Of a stretch of 64,000 nucleotides of DNA, positions 28,860 through 38,425 are shown piece by piece. The stretch spans positions 66,999 to 130,998 of the forward strand of contig CAVWBF010000020.1 of NCBI GenBank assembly GCA_963753085.1, read 5' to 3'. Position numbers and translations under genes: made by a program. Source of the DNA: an uncultured Spirochaetota bacterium (lineage in GTDB: Bacteria > Spirochaetota > Spirochaetia > SZUA-6 > Fen-1364). Numbering within the stretch: the stretch's first letter is position 1; every line of letters starts with the position of its first letter. The notes under the pieces are model-generated. The model searched no databases. It was not told the DNA's origin and saw only the letters and a list, made by a program, of their open reading frames with translations.

Positions 28860-30491
28860 CTAAAAGCTCAACCGGACGCTCGCCACGACGCGGAAGCCCG
28901 GCTCCACGTACGGATACAGGCTGGGACCGTATCGATGAAGCCCGCTCGACAACGGCCACAGGAGGTCGTAGAGATCGAGGTGAAGCTGGGCCGGCTCGGA
29001 AAGCCGAACGAACCCGCCGATATCCAGCTCAGGAAGCTGTACCGTCGGAGGCAGGCCCGTGAGCTGGGTTGCGCTGACCTGGCCGCCGTAGGCTCCGGTA
29101 GGCTCCATGGCCAGTGCCTCCACGGTTATCTCATCAGCAGGGGCAAAGGTCGACCTGTCGATGAACTCCCTCTTCCAGCCTGCATCCAGCGTCACTCCCG
29201 GCGTAATGGTCCATCGCAGGCCGGCGTCTCCTGTCAGCCGGGTAGCCGATGCCTGGGAGACGGTGTAGAGCCCCTGGTAATCCGGCGAAGGCGAGCCCCC
29301 GGTGAAAAAAGTCGATGTCGGCATTGCCGCGCTGCTCATGAAAGAAGCCTTCACGCGGACGCTCAAGTCTCCCGTAAGGGCAAGCTGAAAAGCTCCATCC
29401 GCAAACCACCCCCGGTCATCTACCAGGCCCACAGGTACAAGGTACGGATTGAGCGCCAGGATGTCACCCTGGTCGTAAGGGACAACCCGGTAGCCAAAGG
29501 ATGCATCGAGGGTGAGGGCTGAAAAAGGAGAACCGGTGGCGTGGATGGAAAAGGGGAGCAGGCTTCCCAGCTGGGAGCTCCAGAACCATGCCGCCGAGCC
29601 TTCCAGCAGGAGCGATCCCGGAAAGCTCAGGCTCAACGAGACTCCCGTGCGCAGGCGCTGCACCTGGTCGTCCCCTATGACGAGCATATGCGCCAGGCGG
29701 TAATCGTAGTCCCCGGAGACTCCGACGGTCAGTATCCCCGTGCGCGCCTCCGCGCCGAGGTGCGTCGTGCCCTTGTACTCGGCCGCCTGGCCGGGGGTGC
29801 TTGAGGCCAGTGTCAACGAATCCGTGACGCCGCGAACGGAGCCGTCCACCGTGAGCCAGTCGAGCGGCTGGACCCGCAGCGTGCCAGTTCCGTCGAGGTC
29901 TCGTCCGAGTCGATAAATGTACGGCGCCTGCTGCTGCAGGCCGTTCTCCTTTTCCGAGTAGCTTCCCTGGAAACCGCCATCGAAGGGCCCGAGCTTGCCC
30001 GAGATGTTGCCGGCAATCGTATCATCACGGGTGTCGTACCCGGAGCCCTGCGTCTGCCCCGAGATGCCGTCAGCGGTGTCATGGGAGAAGGAAAGGCCGG
30101 AGGTGGAATTGCCGCCGATAGTGGTCACGTTCAGGTTCCCCACGACCCTGTTCTGCGACCCGGCGCCCAGCGTGGCCTGCGTGGCAAGCGGGCGCTGGGG
30201 CGTTGCGGTCCCGCCAAGGGGATCAGACCCTTCCACCCCTAGCGTCCGCGCGGGCGCCTGGACAGCAAGCTCGGGTGAGGCAGGGAGGAGGACCGCGGCC
30301 CCCGCGAGGTTCACCGGGGGTGTGGGGGGGAGCATGGCCTGGATGTTTTCCACGCTGAGGTCCTGGATGTCCAGGGTCACCTGCGGCAGCACGAGCTCGG
30401 GCTGGGCGGGCTGGGCCGGCTGGTCTGCAGCCTCCAGGGCGGCAGGCGCCAGGAGGATCAGGAAAAGGGAGAGAAAGCGCAGCTTGCTCAT
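28860..30491 (-). CDS. Outer-membrane beta-barrel protein, unknown family
   Basis: Signal peptide ends ALEAAD. Alternating beta-strand pattern; C-terminal VVASVRLSF (terminal Phe). ATG 30491 overlaps the TPR gene stop (ATGA). I recognise no plug domain or TonB box. Confidence 0.65.
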   Translation of the reverse strand: MSKLRFLSLFLILLAPAALEAADQPAQPAQPELVLPQVTLDIQDLSVENIQAMLPPTPPVNLAGAAVLLPASPELAVQAPARTLGVEGSDPLGGTATPQRPLATQATLGAGSQNRVVGNLNVTTIGGNSTSGLSFSHDTADGISGQTQGSGYDTRDDTIAGNISGKLGPFDGGFQGSYSEKENGLQQQAPYIYRLGRDLDGTGTLRVQPLDWLTVDGSVRGVTDSLTLASSTPGQAAEYKGTTHLGAEARTGILTVGVSGDYDYRLAHMLVIGDDQVQRLRTGVSLSLSFPGSLLLEGSAAWFWSSQLGSLLPFSIHATGSPFSALTLDASFGYRVVPYDQGDILALNPYLVPVGLVDDRGWFADGAFQLALTGDLSVRVKASFMSSAAMPTSTFFTGGSPSPDYQGLYTVSQASATRLTGDAGLRWTITPGVTLDAGWKREFIDRSTFAPADEITVEALAMEPTGAYGGQVSATQLTGLPPTVQLPELDIGGFVRLSEPAQLHLDLYDLLWPLSSGLHRYGPSLYPYVEPGFRVVASVRLSF

Positions 30492-33379
30492 TTCCCTGCC
30501 TCCTGCAGCTTGCGCGCCCTGGCTGTCCAGGGCGACGATGGGAAGTTGTCCGACATCTTTTTCACAATGACCTGGACCTGGTCCGGGCGCTGGCCGAGCT
30601 TCATCATCTCCGCGGCCCGGAAGAGGGCGGACGCGGAAAAGTCCGCATCCGAGGCCCCAGCCTCCGCCGCCGCAACAAACCGCTTCGCCGCTTCCAGGAG
30701 GTCGCTCTTTCTATAGAAATATTCCCCTTCCAGGTACACGGCCCGGGCGCTCGTCATGCCGCTTCCCTGGCTCGCAACCTGCTGGAGCATCTGGTAACCC
30801 TGGTCGACCTTTTTCTCCCCGCTGTAGATATACAGCTTCGCAAGGTCGGTGGTCGCTTCCAGCTTTGCGGTGCCGCTTGAATGCGAGATGCGCGTCGTGA
30901 GGTCAGCTTCAGTGGAATCCAGTCCCTGGATCTGGTAGCGGAGTTTTTCAGCAGTAATGTCCGCTTTTGCAAGCCGCGCCTCGTCGGGATAGTCGGATAT
31001 GAACCGCGAGTACAGGTCGAGCGCGCGCCTGAGGTCGTTGGCGGCCTGGTAGACCTCCGCGGCCTTTCGCAGGGACGCGGCGCGGAACGAGCTGGACTTG
31101 TAGGTGGTTGCCAGCTGCTCCCAGAGAAGCGCCGCATCGAAGCGCGCGCCGGTTGCGTAGGAAGACTCTCCTCCCCAGTAGAGGGCCGCGTCGTACAGCC
31201 TCCCGGCGGGATATTTCCTCCTGTAATCGGTGAACGCTGACGCTGCGGCCACGTAGTTTCCCTGGTTGTAGAAGGTCTCAGCCACCTGGTAGCTTGCAGA
31301 TTCGGCCAGCGCGCTGTTCGGGAACTGGGTCATGAGGTTCCGGTAGGCATCGATTGCCCCGGAAGGCGACCCGGAAAGAGCCTGTACGCCGGCGTAGTCG
31401 AACAGGGCGTCGTCGGCAAAGGGAGACTGGGGTGACGAGCTGATGATGTGCTGGAGCGCCGTTGAGGCATCCGCCAGCTTCTTCGCGCCGATCAGGCTCT
31501 TGGCGTAGAGGTAGAAGTCCTTCTCCGAGGAGCTGCGGTCTCCTTCGGCCTCCGCGGCCTGGTAGAAGTCCGCCGATGCCTTGTCGAAGTCCCCAAGATT
31601 GAAGTGGCTCCATCCCGCGAGGAACAGGATCTTGGGGGCAAGAACGTGGCCGGGATAGGCAGTGATGAGACCGTCGAGGATCTGTGCGCTGCGCTTGAAG
31701 TCGTCCGTCTTCGAATACGCCCACCCCAGGTAGTAGCCGGAATAGGGCAGGATGACTCCGAGATCCCTCGCCTTGGCCGTCGAGGCATCTATTTTTTCCA
31801 GTGTTGCCGCGCCCGCGGCGTAGTCCTTCATGGCGATCAGGCTGAGCCCGCGGAGGTAGATTGCCGCTGTCCCGACCTGGGGATTCTTCGAGACGAGGTC
31901 AGGGCTCGAAGCCATGAGGGAAGCAGTTCCCTCCTCGACCGATTTGTAGTCCTTTGTCAGAAACTCCATCTCCAGCAGGTCGAGGTTCGCTTCTACGTCG
32001 AGGGGAAGGATTCCGATGTATTCCTTGAGCGCCGCAGCCGCTCCTGCGAAGTCCCCGCGCTTCTTCAGGATCTGCCCCTGAAGGCGAAGGAAATCCGCGC
32101 GGGCCCCCGGCGTGTCTGTGCTCTTCTGAAAGCGCGCCACTGTGGCAGCCGCCTGGTCTGTCTTGCCCTGGCGAAGCTGCACGTCTGCCAGGAGCGCAGC
32201 GGCCTGAGGCGCACGGGTGGAGGCGGGGTATGTTTCCAGGAACCGCGAGAAGATGCTTTCCGCAAGGGCCAGCTCCCCCGAGTCACGGGCAAGCCCCGCA
32301 AGGGCGAGCATTCCCGACTCGGAGGACGCGCCCGGCTGGCTGGTGTAGTCCTGCAGCAACGCCCGGGCACCGGCAGCGTCCTTCTGATCCTGGAGGATCT
32401 TTGCCAGGTAAATGGGGACCGTGCTGTCCACGGGGAAGGACTTCCTGAGGGCCCACGCCCTCTGGAGGTACAGCGATGCCGCGTCCAGGTTTCCTTTCTT
32501 GTAGTTTTCCACTCCCAGCCCGGCCCAGACATCCATCATGACCTGGGGAGTCGCCGAGAAATGGCTCTCCATCTCTCTGGCGATGGCTTCCATGCGGGGG
32601 AGGTCGGCCTGGGTCTCCGCGGCGCTAAACAGCCTGCGATACGAGGCAAGGGAGATGTCCGGCCGCGCGTCGCGGAGGTTCGTGTACGCGGTGATTGCGT
32701 CCCCCTGGCGCCCGCTTTCCCAGAGGCCTTCCGCCCTGTTGAAAAGGAACTCCTGTCGAAGGTCACCAGGCAGGGAGGCAGGGTCCGTCTCTGAAGACAG
32801 CTGCTCCAGGGCATCCCAGGATTTTTCCTTCAAGAGCAGGGAGGAGAGAAGGACGAGGGAAGGAGCGCGCAGGTCCGAGCCGGGCCATGCCCGCACGATC
32901 TGGCGCGCCGCGTCCACGGCTTCAGGCAGTTTCTGGAGGGCTTCGAGGTCGAGAGACTTGCACAGAAGCGCCCGGGGAACCAGCTCGGGATCCTTTCCGG
33001 TGGACAGGTACTCGTTGAGGGAGACGAGGCTGGGGGTGAACCTCGACAGCTTGTAGAGAGAGAGCCCCTGCCACAAGGGCACCGCCTCGATGTAGCGTGT
33101 CCAGCGGTAGCGCAAGGCGACGTCGGAGAGAATGGAGGACGCCTGCTGGTAATTGCCCAGCTGGTACAGGCACACGGCGCGACGGTACTGGACATCGGCG
33201 GCAAGGTCCGAGGAAGGGTATAATTGAAGGAACTCGTCGTACCCCACCAGGGCGGCAGTGTAGTTCTTGTCGAGGAACCTGCTCTCCGCCTCCGTGAAAA
33301 GCTCGCCGGAGGCCGGTGCAGCCCAGAGGGACACCGAGCCTGCCAGCAGGACCAGAACGGCAAGTGAGCGCATCCTCAT
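30488..33379 (-). CDS. Large secreted TPR-repeat protein (963 aa; CpoB/YbgF-like repeats)
   Basis: Start taken at ATG 33379 (MRMRSLAVLVLLAGSVSLWA signal peptide); 33373 and 33394 are alternatives. The 1295-aa track ORF runs into the divergent gene and is rejected. TPR-like helix pairs run throughout (e.g. YQLGNYQQASS, YNQGNYVAAASAFTDYRRKYP). Confidence 0.8.
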   Translation of the reverse strand: MRMRSLAVLVLLAGSVSLWAAPASGELFTEAESRFLDKNYTAALVGYDEFLQLYPSSDLAADVQYRRAVCLYQLGNYQQASSILSDVALRYRWTRYIEAVPLWQGLSLYKLSRFTPSLVSLNEYLSTGKDPELVPRALLCKSLDLEALQKLPEAVDAARQIVRAWPGSDLRAPSLVLLSSLLLKEKSWDALEQLSSETDPASLPGDLRQEFLFNRAEGLWESGRQGDAITAYTNLRDARPDISLASYRRLFSAAETQADLPRMEAIAREMESHFSATPQVMMDVWAGLGVENYKKGNLDAASLYLQRAWALRKSFPVDSTVPIYLAKILQDQKDAAGARALLQDYTSQPGASSESGMLALAGLARDSGELALAESIFSRFLETYPASTRAPQAAALLADVQLRQGKTDQAAATVARFQKSTDTPGARADFLRLQGQILKKRGDFAGAAAALKEYIGILPLDVEANLDLLEMEFLTKDYKSVEEGTASLMASSPDLVSKNPQVGTAAIYLRGLSLIAMKDYAAGAATLEKIDASTAKARDLGVILPYSGYYLGWAYSKTDDFKRSAQILDGLITAYPGHVLAPKILFLAGWSHFNLGDFDKASADFYQAAEAEGDRSSSEKDFYLYAKSLIGAKKLADASTALQHIISSSPQSPFADDALFDYAGVQALSGSPSGAIDAYRNLMTQFPNSALAESASYQVAETFYNQGNYVAAASAFTDYRRKYPAGRLYDAALYWGGESSYATGARFDAALLWEQLATTYKSSSFRAASLRKAAEVYQAANDLRRALDLYSRFISDYPDEARLAKADITAEKLRYQIQGLDSTEADLTTRISHSSGTAKLEATTDLAKLYIYSGEKKVDQGYQMLQQVASQGSGMTSARAVYLEGEYFYRKSDLLEAAKRFVAAAEAGASDADFSASALFRAAEMMKLGQRPDQVQVIVKKMSDNFPSSPWTARARKLQEAGK

Positions 33380-33745
33380 GGAAACGTATCGCATACCATG
33401 GAGTTCCTCAAGAGCCGAGCGTCCCGGGGAAGGCGACGAAGCTGTCACGTTTTTTGCCATACGGTGCAAGAGTACTACGAATGCCCGTGCGGTGGAGTCA
33501 TATGCGCGAGGAAAATGGGGTCGAATTTCCATGACACATTCCTTTTCCGCGCCCGCGCGGGTCGTGCGGCACCCGGGCGTGTCGTTGAGATTCGACACGA
33601 GAATCATCTTTCGGATTACTGACCCGGATTGTCGCTGATTCGTAGAGTAGCACTGGAGCAGTATTGTGGGAGTAGCAGGTCGAAACGCCGGCGTTGTTGA
33701 AAATGCCGCGCCATCGTTATACAGTATTCTCGACGGGAGGGCCCC

Positions 33746-36700
33746 ATGAAAAACCAGGTTCGCCGTTTCATCGTCGTCGCATTGTTTGCACTTGCCGCCG
33801 GGGCCGTCCATGGAGAGAGCGGCTTTCTGGATTTCTACTCCCCGCAGTTCCTCGGAGGGATGGGCGGGACGGCCAACCTGAACTCGCCGCAGGGGACGGT
33901 CCTCAACCCCGCCGTTGCCGGAGGCAAGCAGAGGGTGACCCTGGACCTCAGTTACCTGGCCCTGACCGGGGTGAGCCAGAACCCGGTTGCCCTGGACGGG
34001 AACTTCTTCAACCTCGGCGTGACCATTCCGACAAACGTCGGCGTGTTTTCCACCACCGGGCGTTTCACCAATGCGACCTTCTCCGGGGTTCCGCCGGCGC
34101 CCAACTGGGGGGCAATGGGCGGGCTGACCTTCGCATTCTCCAAGGATGTGTTCCCTGACTTGTACGTGGGCGCCGGCCTGGGAGGGGAGTTCGGCAGCGA
34201 CTGGGGCCTGGGCCTCGACCTCGGGTTCCTCCACATCCCCGGCGACCTCGGTCTCCTGAAAGACTTCCGCTGGGGCGCGGCAATCCGCAACATAACGTTC
34301 AAAGGCTACACTTCCTCCAACGCGCCCGGCTCTCTCGCGAACCCGCCCGTGTTCACCCCGGCAGTCGGGGCGCACTTCTCCCTTATCAGGACGGCTCCCT
34401 TCGTGCTCTCCCTGGACCCCGACATCAGCTTCCCGTCGTTCCAGGACCTGCAGGCCACAATCGGCGCGGACATGGTGATTGCCAATTTCCTGATCCTCAG
34501 CGGCTCCTACATATACGACCTGCGCCAGGCGGCGGGGATCGAGCCGTCGCGCTCCCTTCCGTTCACGTTCGGGGTTTCTTTCAAGATCACGACGAACATA
34601 CAGCAGAACATCGGCTCCCTGAACGCCACCGAGCAGGGTTGGAACAGGAGCGAGGTGACCAGCACGGCTGTCGCAGCGCCGCTTGAGAACGGCGTCTGGG
34701 CGTTCGGCCTCGGGGCAAACGTGCCCCTTGGCGCAATAGAGAAGAATCCTCCCGCCATCGGCCTTGATACGAACGGTGAGAAGTACGTCTCCCCGACTCT
34801 TGTAGGCGGAAAGGTGGACCTCGTCCTTCCTCTCTCAATCACCTCCAAGAGGTATATCAAGGGATACAAGCTCGTGATCCAGGATTCCTCGGGAACACCC
34901 GTGCGGACCATCCAGAACAAGGAGGACCGGCCCGAGAACAGGGACCTCGGCAACCTCGTGAAGCGTCTGTTCTACGTGAAGTCGGGGATCCCTATTCCTT
35001 CCAGCATCAGGTGGGACGGGACCTCTGACAAGGGGACCGTCGTTCCTGACGGCACCTACCGGTACTTCGTGGAAGCCTGGGACGACAACGGCAACGTCGG
35101 CAGGACCCCGCTGGGGACCACCATAGTCAAGACGGTGCCTCCGCAGATATCCGTGTCCGCCCAGTACCTGATCTTCTCTCCCACGGGGGAAGGGACCAAG
35201 GCGGCGCTTCCCGTGCACCAGACCGGCTCCAAGGAAGACCTGTGGAGCGGTGTGATCAAGGACGCTGCCGGAGGGACAGTGCGGACGTTCACCTGGAAGG
35301 ATTCTGCGCCGCCTGACTTCGAATGGGACGGGAAGAACGACAAGGGCGTCCTGGCCCCTGACGGCGTGTACAGCTACCACGTGGCCGCCACGGACAGGGC
35401 TCAGAACTCCAACGCTGCGGAACTGGACAACATCATCATCAACACCCAGGCCACCCCCGTCCAGCTCTCCATCGATTACGCGTATTTCTCCCCGGGGACA
35501 GAAAGTCCGAAGAAGGCAGTCACTTTCGCGCTCGGAGTGCCCGTCAAGACGGGTATCGAGAATTGGAGCCTCGACGTCTCGGACGCAAGCGGGGCCGTAC
35601 AGAGGACTTTCTCCGGGAAGATGAGCATCCCCGCGAGCGTCGAATGGGACGGAAAGGATGACAAGGGGAAGGTGCTGCCGGACGGCGGCTACAAGGCGAA
35701 GCTCGCCATCATGTACGTGAACGGACACAACCCGACCGCTGATTCACCTCTTATCACCATCAAGACGACCCCGCCCACCGCCGCGGTCTCCGCTGAATAC
35801 GAGGTTTTCTCCCCGACCGGAGACAGTGAAAGGAACACGGTCACGATCCACCAGGACACCTCTGAGGAGCTGTTCTGGACAGGGACCTTCAAGGACGACA
35901 CGGGCAAGGACGTCAGGACCGTGGTGTGGCGCGGGACCGCGGACCGCGCGTTCCAGTGGGACGGCCGCACGGACGACGGCGCGCTCCTCCCTGACGGCGC
36001 TTACACCTACGAGCTTTCCTCCACGGACCGGGCAGGCAACACCGGCTCCTCGAAGCTCATCACGCTGCGGATCGACACCCAGAAGAAGCCTGTCCGCCTC
36101 TCCACGGATCTTGCCTATTTCTCACCCTTCGGCGGCGGATCCAAGACGAAGCTCAAGATCATCCCGGCGCTCGCCGTGACCACGGGCGTGGAGTCGTTCG
36201 TCGTGCGCGTGAAGAACGCCAAGGGGGACGTCATCCGGACCTTCAAGGGAAGCAACCGGCCTCCCGAGGAGCTGTCTTGGGCGGGAATCGATGACGCGGG
36301 CAACAGGGCGCCGGACGGGCAGTACTCGGCGGAGCTTCAGGTTACCTACTCCAACGGCACGCACCCCACGGCGCAGAGCAATCCGTTCTTCATCGACAAT
36401 CATTTCCCGCAGGTCGACGTAAGCGCGGATGTGACGCTGTTCTCTCCGGACGGCACGAGCCGCCAGCAGTCCGTCCTCATCAAGCAGTCATCAAGCGATG
36501 AGGACCTCTGGGAAGGGGAGCTGCACAACGCCAAGAACGAGCGCGTCCGCGCATGGTTCTGGAAGGGCAAGGCGGTGGACTTCTCCTGGGACGGCAAGGA
36601 TGACAACGGCAACGTCGTTCCGGACGGCAGCTATACGTACGTCGTGAAGTCACAGACGAAAGCCGGCAACCAGACGGTCAAGGAGCTGCGGGGAATTGTC

Positions 36701-37777
36701 GTGGACACGAGGGCCACGCCCGTCTTCCTGACTGCGTCGGCAACGGGATTCTCTCCCACTCCGACCGGCGTGCCGAACACGATCGGTTTCAGCCCGATCG
36801 TGGGCCTGAAGGACGGGATCAGGTCGTGGAAGCTGTCCATGGTGAGCGCAGGCGGTACGTCCGTGAAGGACTTCAGCGGGCAGGCTCCCGTGCCGTCGTC
36901 CCTCACGTGGGACGGCAAGGACGAAGCAGGGGCAACCGCGCCGGACGGCCTGTACACGGCCGATCTCCAGGTGGACTACTTCAAGGGGAATCTCGCTGAG
37001 ACAAAGACGCCGGAGTTCGCTGTGAACGCAACCGGGCCAAAGGTCGATATCGCGCTCGGCGGCGTCCCGTTCTCCCCGGACAACGACGGCTACAACGATG
37101 AGCTCACCATCGGCCTGAAGGTGACGGATCCCAGCCCCATCGACAGCTGGAACATCCAGATCATGGACCCGGAGAACCACCCGTTTGCATCGTTCTCAGG
37201 GAAGGGCACTCCATCGGACAAGATCATCTGGAACGGCCTGTCAGATACCGGCGAGCTGGTGCAGTCCGCGGAGGACTACCCGCTGACGTTCACGATCAAG
37301 GACACGCTGGGAAATACAGCCACGTACAACAAGACCATCCCCGTCGACATCCTCGTTGTAAAGGACGGCAATAATCTCAAGATCAGGATCCCGAGCATCA
37401 CGTTCCAGGCCAACACCGCGGATTTCACGCACGTGGATCCGGATAAGGCTGCGAAGAACATCGCCACCATCGCCCGGCTATCGGAGATCTTCAAGAAGTA
37501 CAACCAGTACAAGATCACGATCCAGGGCCATGCGAACCTCGTGAACTTCGACAACCCGGTCGCGGCGAAGAAGGAGCAGGAGCAGGAGTTGATCCCCCTG
37601 TCGAAAGCGCGGGCTGAGGCCATCAAGCAGGCGCTCGTAGCCCAGGGAATCGATACAGCGCGCATTTCCACCGTTGGAATCGGAGGCGCGGAGCCGGTGG
37701 TGCCGTTCTCCGACCTCGACAACCGCTGGAAGAACCGCCGTGTGGAGTTTATCCTTGTCCGCAACGAAGGCAGCTGA
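33746..37777 (+). CDS. Giant OmpA-family envelope protein: N-terminal beta-barrel, 8 FlgD-Ig-like domains, C-terminal OmpA peptidoglycan-binding domain
   Basis: GGGAGG lies 5 nt before ATG 33746, with a signal peptide. aa 24-340 are barrel-like with GGMGGTANL..VLNPAVAG (PorP/SprF-like motif). Eight repeats carry W[DNA]G.xDxGxxxPDGxY. The C-terminus reads ITFQANTADF..LSKARAEAIKQAL..NRWKNRRVEFILV (OmpA_C). Confidence 0.85.
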   Translation: MKNQVRRFIVVALFALAAGAVHGESGFLDFYSPQFLGGMGGTANLNSPQGTVLNPAVAGGKQRVTLDLSYLALTGVSQNPVALDGNFFNLGVTIPTNVGVFSTTGRFTNATFSGVPPAPNWGAMGGLTFAFSKDVFPDLYVGAGLGGEFGSDWGLGLDLGFLHIPGDLGLLKDFRWGAAIRNITFKGYTSSNAPGSLANPPVFTPAVGAHFSLIRTAPFVLSLDPDISFPSFQDLQATIGADMVIANFLILSGSYIYDLRQAAGIEPSRSLPFTFGVSFKITTNIQQNIGSLNATEQGWNRSEVTSTAVAAPLENGVWAFGLGANVPLGAIEKNPPAIGLDTNGEKYVSPTLVGGKVDLVLPLSITSKRYIKGYKLVIQDSSGTPVRTIQNKEDRPENRDLGNLVKRLFYVKSGIPIPSSIRWDGTSDKGTVVPDGTYRYFVEAWDDNGNVGRTPLGTTIVKTVPPQISVSAQYLIFSPTGEGTKAALPVHQTGSKEDLWSGVIKDAAGGTVRTFTWKDSAPPDFEWDGKNDKGVLAPDGVYSYHVAATDRAQNSNAAELDNIIINTQATPVQLSIDYAYFSPGTESPKKAVTFALGVPVKTGIENWSLDVSDASGAVQRTFSGKMSIPASVEWDGKDDKGKVLPDGGYKAKLAIMYVNGHNPTADSPLITIKTTPPTAAVSAEYEVFSPTGDSERNTVTIHQDTSEELFWTGTFKDDTGKDVRTVVWRGTADRAFQWDGRTDDGALLPDGAYTYELSSTDRAGNTGSSKLITLRIDTQKKPVRLSTDLAYFSPFGGGSKTKLKIIPALAVTTGVESFVVRVKNAKGDVIRTFKGSNRPPEELSWAGIDDAGNRAPDGQYSAELQVTYSNGTHPTAQSNPFFIDNHFPQVDVSADVTLFSPDGTSRQQSVLIKQSSSDEDLWEGELHNAKNERVRAWFWKGKAVDFSWDGKDDNGNVVPDGSYTYVVKSQTKAGNQTVKELRGIVVDTRATPVFLTASATGFSPTPTGVPNTIGFSPIVGLKDGIRSWKLSMVSAGGTSVKDFSGQAPVPSSLTWDGKDEAGATAPDGLYTADLQVDYFKGNLAETKTPEFAVNATGPKVDIALGGVPFSPDNDGYNDELTIGLKVTDPSPIDSWNIQIMDPENHPFASFSGKGTPSDKIIWNGLSDTGELVQSAEDYPLTFTIKDTLGNTATYNKTIPVDILVVKDGNNLKIRIPSITFQANTADFTHVDPDKAAKNIATIARLSEIFKKYNQYKITIQGHANLVNFDNPVAAKKEQEQELIPLSKARAEAIKQALVAQGIDTARISTVGIGGAEPVVPFSDLDNRWKNRRVEFILVRNEGS
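35144..37042 (+). repeat. Three tandem ~633-nt (~211-codon) units, each encoding an A-type plus a B-type Ig-like domain
   Basis: Landmarks recur with a 210-211-aa period. VSAxY is at aa 470/681/892, WDG(A) at 527/738/948 and W[DA]G(B) at 634/845/1055. The units are diverged at DNA level (protein-level repeat only). Confidence 0.8.
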
Positions 37778-37803
37778 GTAAGGTCCCGAGGGAGGGGTAG
37801 ACA

Positions 37804-38424
37804 ATGTTTGCTGGAAAAACACTGTGGCAGATCTTTGCATCCGGCGGCGCAACGATGTACGTGCTCCTGTTCTGCTCCCTGCTTTCGCTTGCCGTCATCA
37901 TAGACCGGCTCTGGACGTACTGGAGCATGATGCGGGTGAACCGGGCGGCGTTCATGCGCCGGATCCAGGGGATGCTGGAACGCAAGGACAGGGAAGGGGC
38001 GGTGGAGGTTTGCCGTGAGACGCGGGCCCCGTTTGCGCGCGTGGCGCTGGCGGGCCTGGAGCTCAGGTCACGGGACGAAAAGCTCCTGGCGAGCACGCTG
38101 GAGCGCGCCGTCACTTTCCAGGCCTCGCGCCTGGAGAGGCTCACGAGCATCGTCGGCACTATTGGAAACACGGCGGTGTACATCGGTCTCTTCGGGACCG
38201 TCCTCGGGATCATCCGGGCCTTTCGCGACATTTCCGCCATGGGAACCGGCGGGATGGCAGTAGTCATTGGAGGAGTGGCCGAGGCGCTCATCACGACCGC
38301 CACGGGACTGGCCGTGGCGGTCCCGTCGGTCATCGCGTACAACTACTTCGTGAGGCGCATCGACGAGTTCGTGAATGACATGGAGCTGTGCGCTTCCGAG
38401 ATGACGGACCTCCTGACCAGGTAA
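37804..38424 (+). CDS. exbB: MotA/TolQ/ExbB-family proton channel
   Basis: 206 aa, 3 TM helices, with the family pattern GTIGNTAVYIGLFGTVLGIIRAF..ALITTATGLAVAVP. Confidence 0.88.
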   Translation: MFAGKTLWQIFASGGATMYVLLFCSLLSLAVIIDRLWTYWSMMRVNRAAFMRRIQGMLERKDREGAVEVCRETRAPFARVALAGLELRSRDEKLLASTLERAVTFQASRLERLTSIVGTIGNTAVYIGLFGTVLGIIRAFRDISAMGTGGMAVVIGGVAEALITTATGLAVAVPSVIAYNYFVRRIDEFVNDMELCASEMTDLLTR

Positions 38425-38425
38425 G

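Noticed and set aside
30488-34375. 1295-aa version of the TPR ORF.
   Set aside because: Its upstream ~330 codons are Arg/Gly-rich antisense sequence overlapping the SD-supported start of the giant OmpA gene. A signal-peptide-bearing start at 33379 fits better.
34781-37360. The Ig-domain repeats as a DNA-level repeat, recombination hotspot or mobile cassette.
   Set aside because: The units are recognisable only at protein level. The nucleotide sequences have diverged and I saw no near-identical DNA copies.
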